DNA of 64,000 nt, taken from NCBI RefSeq assembly GCF_009914755.1, contig NC_060939.1, one strand, 5' to 3'. The notes beneath the pieces were generated by a model. It saw only the letters and a list, made by a program, of their open reading frames with translations, did no database searches and was not told the origin of the DNA. The number at the start of each line of letters is the position of its first letter. Position 1 is the stretch's first letter. Below, piece by piece: positions 58,000-64,000 of this stretch. Position numbers and translations under genes: made by a program. This DNA comes from the human T2T-CHM13v2.0 reference genome, Homo sapiens.

Positions 58000-58300
58000 T
58001 ATCCTGCATAGAATAATGTTCTGGGCACTAGAACAAACAATGCAGGTATAATCACTATCCCCATGGTATTTATGGAAATTAAATAAGCAGTTTGAACAAA
58101 GCATAATGCCATAGTATATGAAGTAGATGTTATCGTAGAACAGTCTCCTCAGAATTGGGGGTCAGGAAGTCTTCTGGGAGGAAGTAATATCTGAATGGAT
58201 GCTGTGGGATGAGTGGAAATCTTCCTAATGGACAAAAGCCTGTCAGAAAGTGCTTGTGGTATTCCAACAAAAAGGAATATCACACAAGAAGGCTTGGGGA
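58000..58300 (-). mobile_element. L2 fragment
   Basis: gggggtcaggaagtcttctgggaggaagtaatatctga. Confidence 0.6.
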
Positions 58301-58309
58301 TACAAGAGT

Positions 58310-59610
58310 GCATGAACTAGAAAGAAACCCACGCACGTACAGTCAACTGATCTTCAACAAGCATGTTGAGAATACACAATGGGGAAAGAAGAGTATCTTC
58401 AACAAATAATGTTGGGATAACTGGACATCCACATGCCAAAGAATGTTAACTGGTTGCTATGCTCCTATCTGCTAACGAGCAAACTGTTGTACCCCTATCT
58501 TACACCATACCCCAAAATGATCTCAAAATGGATTAAAATTTAAATGAAAGAACTGAAGTTGTAAATTTCCTCAAAGAAAACATAGGAGCAAAGCTTCATG
58601 ACATTGGTCTTGTCAATGATTTCATGGGTATGACATCAAAGGCACCAGAAACAAAAGCAACAATAGACAAATGGGCTTATACTAAGTTAGAACACGTCTA
58701 CATGTAAAGAAAACACTCTACAGTGAAAAGGCAACCTAAGCAATGTGAGAAATTATTCACAAATCACATATTCAATAAAAAGCTAATAACCAAAATATAT
58801 AGGGAACTCCTACAACTCAATTAAAAATTGAGAAAAGACTTGAATAGACATTTCTCCACAAAAGACAGACAAATGGCCAACACGTCTACGAAAAGGTGCT
58901 CAAGGTCACTAATCATCAGGGAAATGCAACTCAAAACCACAAAGAGCTATTTCACACCTGTTAGGATGACTATTATTTTAAAAATAAATAAAAGATAACA
59001 ATTTTAACAAGGTTGTGGATAAATTGCTCAACCTCAATTTTAATAAGAAAAATACAAATTTAAACGGACATCTCATGAAAGTTTTGACACAAGACTCAGT
59101 TGGAAGAGCAGTGGGCCAACCTACACTCTCATGGGTTGATGGTGGCAATGCAAAATGGTAGACACATGGAAAAAGAAATGATCATACCTGGCAAAATGAC
59201 AAACAAATTTTTTGACTGAATAGTACAAATTTTAGAAATCTATCCCAATTTTACCTGGCCAAAAAAAATTGCTTAGGCACAAGAATATTCTCTGTGGCAT
59301 TATTTTTAAAAGCAAGCAATTGAAAACAATCCAAATATCTTTCAATAGGGCAATGTTTGAATAAACTACAGTACATTAATATATTATCAACTCAAATTAT
59401 ATTTTAAGAAAACCTAGGTTATTTAAATATAGACTGGGTACAAGGTAATATCTATGAATTATTGATCATTTTGTAAGATATAAGTATGGCATTACGACTA
59501 CATAAAAAACAAACTTTTTTTCTTTAAACAGAGGCATATGGATACATATAGGGGTGAGGTGACATGATGTCTGTGATTTGCTTTAAAATGTGATTAAGGT
59601 GACCAAGAAA
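58310..59610 (+). mobile_element. Old L1M fragments (ORF2 C-terminal region and 3' region)
   Basis: acagtcaactgatcttcaacaag..atcttcaacaaata..tgaatagacatttctcc..gaaatgcaactcaaaaccaca. Confidence 0.8.
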
Positions 59611-59852
59611 TTAAACAATGGTTTTAAATAAAAGTTGTGATTACCAGTGATTTGTCTACTTGGAGGTAGTATAAAAATATGTGTTAAAGTATACAATAGC
59701 TTAACTAGTGAAAACAACTCTATGGCTATTTTTAAAATATAGAAAGATTATATGTCAATATTAAATATATTTTAAATAATATTCTGTCAATTCAGATTTT
59801 AAAATGCTAATGCCATGAATCAGTGTAGATAGCATAATGCTCACTGATGTAC

Positions 59853-61350
59853 TGGAATCATAGAATTCCATCCTGGGAAATTCTTTATCCATTATTGCCC
59901 GTACATATTCCTTTCTGATGCCTGAGTGAAGTAATTATCCAGCCTCTATTCACACACATTTAGAAACAGAGAACTCACTACTTTATGAGGTGGCTCATTT
60001 TATGCTTGAGCAGCTCTTCCTTTTAGTGATCCAAAGAAATTTTCCATGAAAGTTTTAGAGCTTAGATAACCTCTTGTGCCCCTAGAGATGCAAGCACAAT
60101 GCATGAAGAGAAAAAGCAAGAGCTCAGGAAAAGACTAAGGCAAAAGCTGGTGAATCCAAATCAGGATCCCATCCCAGAAACCCACGTCCCTAATCTTCAC
60201 CCTTTCCCTCAACAGACACTAGTCACTTTCAGTTCCAGTGACATGAGTGATTCTAGCCATGAAATTCTGGATTCAGTGGCATACATCTGGTGACATGCTA
60301 TTGAATAGTTGACTTCTATTCTAGATCAACTAAATCAACTGACTGGTTTCTGGTTTTTGTTTTTGTTTTTTATCTCTTCCTTCCTACAACTTTGGGTAAG
60401 AGTGTGATTATGAGGAAGAGGGAATTGCATGGAGTGTGATCACAGCCAATGAGTTAACATTGACCTTAAGGCAGACTAGGATCCCTCTTTGGGAGCCCCA
60501 GTCTAAGCTCCCATCTTATGTCAATGTGTAAATATTTGAAAAAACAATATTACTCTTGAGTCACATCCTTGCTAACATTAATTGGCTGTTTACTGTGTGT
60601 TAGGTGATTTAACATATTTATAATATTCACAAAGATAGCATGAGCGATGTTGTCTTATTCCTGTTTTACAGAGAAGGAAACAAAGAGAAAGAAAAATCAT
60701 AATAAATAAAGAGTCAGTACTCAAGTTCTTGTATATTGGACTCCAGAGTCTATAAATGTGTTTTATGACTAAAAGCTATTGGTACAGAAATTAATTCCAA
60801 ATTCCAGAGATGATCCACATAGTCCATAGGCCTAAGTGGCTTTCTCACTACTTATGACAGACTTTATACTTCTTTAAAAGAGCTGAAGTCCAAGTCAGGA
60901 ATTTTGCATCCAGATTACTATTTTGCTTTCTTATGCATGAACTTAGGGTCAGCTATATAGGGTATCATAAAATCACCGCATCTCCTTCTTGGGTTTGTGC
61001 TGTTGACTTTTTGGGCCCAAAGTTTGGTTATTACACTGATTCCCATTAAATTTTCCTAACTTTTTATTCAGCCCACTGATTAGTTGATTATGAACTTATA
61101 AGGCCCTGGATCTATTTGGAAATGTTTTCTAATTTTTCAAGTTTTGTGAACTCTGTTTTGATTTCTCCATTTTTTTTTCAATTATTCCCTACAACATTAA
61201 ACAGATATCCCTGTAACATACAGCTAGAAATCACATTTCAATTTGGACCTCAATTTACCATCCAGCAGCCTGTGATACAATAATTCAATCTCCTAACTTC
61301 AACAGCTGCACCTATGCCTCTCTTTGTTCACGGGTGTCTTAGGAGAAGAC
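59853..61350 (-). mobile_element. CR1/L3 LINE remnants (fragmented; MIR at ~60570-60760 inside)
   Basis: gaatcatagaat..tatccagcctct..gaactcactac; tcccattaaatttt..ttcagccca. Confidence 0.5.
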
Positions 61351-62489
61351 TTGTATATACTCACTGACACCCATCTATATTGTGGCTGTCACAGTGGCTC
61401 TGCAAAAAGTAACATAAAACAAAAAGAAGGCCTTATGAGACTGTGCCTCCTCTACAATCTGTGTTGATTCTGAAACTGTTATCTCCAGAATCTGGCTCTG
61501 AGTCCGTATCAGTTTTCCTAGTCTCTCCTTTGTGCCCTTCTCTTCCTCCTTTTGCCATCCCGCCTGTTTCCTGTTCCCCCATTCTTCAAAGACCAGGGAC
61601 CCCCAGACCATGTCAACCTTGCTCAAAGTCTTTCACATTACTACAGCTTCTTCATTTCATCTTTCTGGAGACATTCTACTTGTTGTTCCCACTGTGTGAG
61701 ATGGTTCTCCTGGATTTTCACTCATTCAACACAAGTTTACTCTAATGCTTTTCAGAGAGAGCGCAGATGTAAAATGAAAGTTGACATGTGCCTTGCATCC
61801 ACTGAGGATGTCACAGTGTAAACAGCAGCCCCATTGCCTAGCCTGAATAGAACAAAATAGCTGAGGAGACTGAATGTTTGGTTTTTCTTAACCTACACTT
61901 TCATTCCTGAGTGTATGTGGAATTTCATCTCTCTAGGTATTAATCGGTCGATTGCTGTCACTCCCAAGTTTTTATCTCATCACTCCATTTTTTTAAGAAG
62001 CGTGCTTGAAAATCTGCACTTGTCAGAGAGTTTGCTCCCAGTTCCTCTCCCATTACAAATGTGGCACCATCTTCCCTCCTTCACATGATAGCGGACTTCA
62101 CAGCGCTCCCTGTTAACAGGATGAAAACTAGCTATGGACTATCTAATAAAGAGTATATTTATGATATCTTTATTAATATTCTGGTTTACTACAAAAAAAG
62201 CATATGCCATATATATCATATTCAATCATCTTTTAAATAAGCCTTTAATATGAGCCAGATACATAGATAGCTCTGGAGATGCAATAATGAATGGAACAGA
62301 TTCTTTCCCCAGAGAGTGACCCTGTGTGTATTAGTGCACACAGTTAAAGACAGACAGAGATTGTATATAATAACAATGAACAAAGACTGAAAAATAGGGG
62401 CTCGAAATTAGTATGTTACAGACTTTTCCTGTTTATTTCTGTTGATTTTCAGTTTATTCCTGATATTTCAGTTCTTCTGTTAGGAAAAT

Positions 62490-62885
62490 AGCATAGCCTA
62501 GTGATTTAGATCTTCAGCTTTGAAATTATTTGCTATTTAAATGCTTCCGCTTGCCACCTCTGTGACCTTGTGGAAGCTAATAACCTCTCTGATACTCAGT
62601 TCCTTCAACTAGAAAAATCCTGTAAGAGTATTCTGAAGACATAACATATGCCACATGTGCACGGTGCCTTACCAGCTAGCACTGGGTGTGCACTTACCTG
62701 CCATGTGTCTCACACTGTTGGAAGAGTTTTGCATGTATTTTCTCATGCCTGTTTCACAATTACCTTTGAAGTGTGTGCTTTCATGCTTTCCATGTTTCAG
62801 ATCACTATGCTGACACAGGTTAAGTGGAGGTGTCAGTGTGCTAACTCAGGCTGTCCAACACCAGAGTCCTGGGGTTAGCCATCAG
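62490..62885. mobile_element. Two MIRs tail-to-tail (+ ~62490-62685, - ~62690-62885)
   Basis: tgtgaccttg..aacctctctgatactcagttcc; then ttttgcatgtattttctcat..ccatgtttcagat. Confidence 0.55.
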
Positions 62886-63432
62886 GTACATGAAGGGTAG
62901 CTTTAATCAGTTACAGGAAAAGCAAAAAGTAAAGTACCATGAACCCCTTCTACTTTTTGTTCATCCATTCCTCACAAACAACTTTAGCTCGGTAGCTAAT
63001 GGGCAGTTTCTGCCTCTCCAGTAAGTACTTTCATTCCCTTTTGCATATTGATATAAGTTCATATGACCCAGGTCCCACATGACCGCAGACAACCACGGTT
63101 CTTGCTGTACTTGGGGTGCAGGGCTGTTGGATGTGACAAAGTTTAAAGAGCATTTTTGCTTCCCATTCTTCAGGCTGGAAGGTGGTGCAGCAATTCTTGT
63201 CCAAAATCAAAGGTGACTGCTTGGAATGCATAGACCTCTGTGGTCTCATCAGAGAAGCAGTGTTTAACCCTTCAGTCCATCTTCAGAAGCAATATGACTC
63301 AGAAAAAAAAAAAAAAAAAGTCTAGTCTTCCTGTCCCTAATATATAATCATCCAGAGCTGATGATGGTCATGCTTGTTGATAATAATCCAAAAACATTCT
63401 AATAAATGAACCTCAGAATATTTTATGGCTGG

Positions 63433-63822
63433 TGTTGTGGTTAGTTTTACGTCATCTTGGCTAGGCAATAATATCCAATTATTCAATCAAACACTAAAAT
63501 AGCTGTTGCTTTGTGGGTATTTTGTAGCTGTGATTAACACCTCAGTCTGTTGACTAAATCACAGATTGGTCACAGATTGGTTGGATGACTGAGAAGAAAT
63601 CATCCACAATAATCTGGGTGGGCTTCATCCAATCAATCAAAAGACTGAAAAGCAAAATTGGGGTTGCCCTGAGGAAGAAGAAATGTGGTCTGCGGACTGC
63701 GCCATCAGCTCCTGCCTGCTCCTGGCCTGCCCTGCAGATTTCAGATGTGCCTAGTCAACCCCCACAATCACATGGCATATACCAATTCGTTGAACTAAAA
63801 TTTCTAAACGATGGTGCAAACA

Positions 63823-63870
<48 letters not shown>

Positions 63871-63902
63871 TCTGTTTCTTTGGTAGAACTCTGATGGATA
63901 TA
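63433..63902 (+). mobile_element. MLT2D-like ERVL solo LTR with (CA)n
   Basis: aatctgggtgggcttcatccaatcaatc...ggcctgccctgcagatttcaga...ggttctgtttct; (CA)n at 63824-63867. Confidence 0.88.
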
Positions 63903-64000
63903 TAGTAGTCGATGTCCAAAAGCACCACATGCACTCACTTGCTAAGGGTACAAGACTATACCAGGCTGTAATGATTTTTCACCCACTGTGAGTGATATTG

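Noticed and set aside
60099-60293. 64-aa ORF with protein-like composition
   Set aside because: No family recognised; short and surrounded by CR1 and MIR remnants.
62490-62885. Tail-to-tail MIRs as a possible miRNA-like hairpin
   Set aside because: The arms appear too diverged for a stable stem.

Overview
AT-rich primate genomic DNA, probably human given the AluYa5-lineage elements, from a gene-poor intergenic or deep intronic region. I find no supportable protein-coding exon, RNA gene, CpG-island promoter or CRISPR array. The ORFs in the track are Alu, L1, LTR or microsatellite by-products or unrecognisable. About two-thirds of the window is a layered fossil record of retroelements (L1M/L1PA, L2, CR1, MIR, Alu, MaLR, ERVL, ERV1) plus MER5 DNA transposons. 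I do not see a new gene system; the unusual signal lies in how DNA was inserted and repaired. (1) A full-length, TSD-flanked L1PA8A-like element carries a ~1.64 kb block of older genomic DNA (L1MC, MIR-like and unique sequence) inserted mid-ORF2 with no TSD, an age inversion implying DNA capture. (2) A 22-bp unique sequence at 48648 is copied into an old L1 at 58444. (3) A nested ERVL/MaLR/L1/ERV1 stack has a MaLR-type internal region bounded by an MLT2 LTR and an MLT1A LTR. (4) There are two twin-primed L1 insertions, one only ~135 bp and one with patchwork templated filler. (5) There are two AluYa5-lineage copies with contrasting mutation patterns. Family and subfamily calls come from recalled consensus sequences, and boundaries of ancient repeats are approximate.
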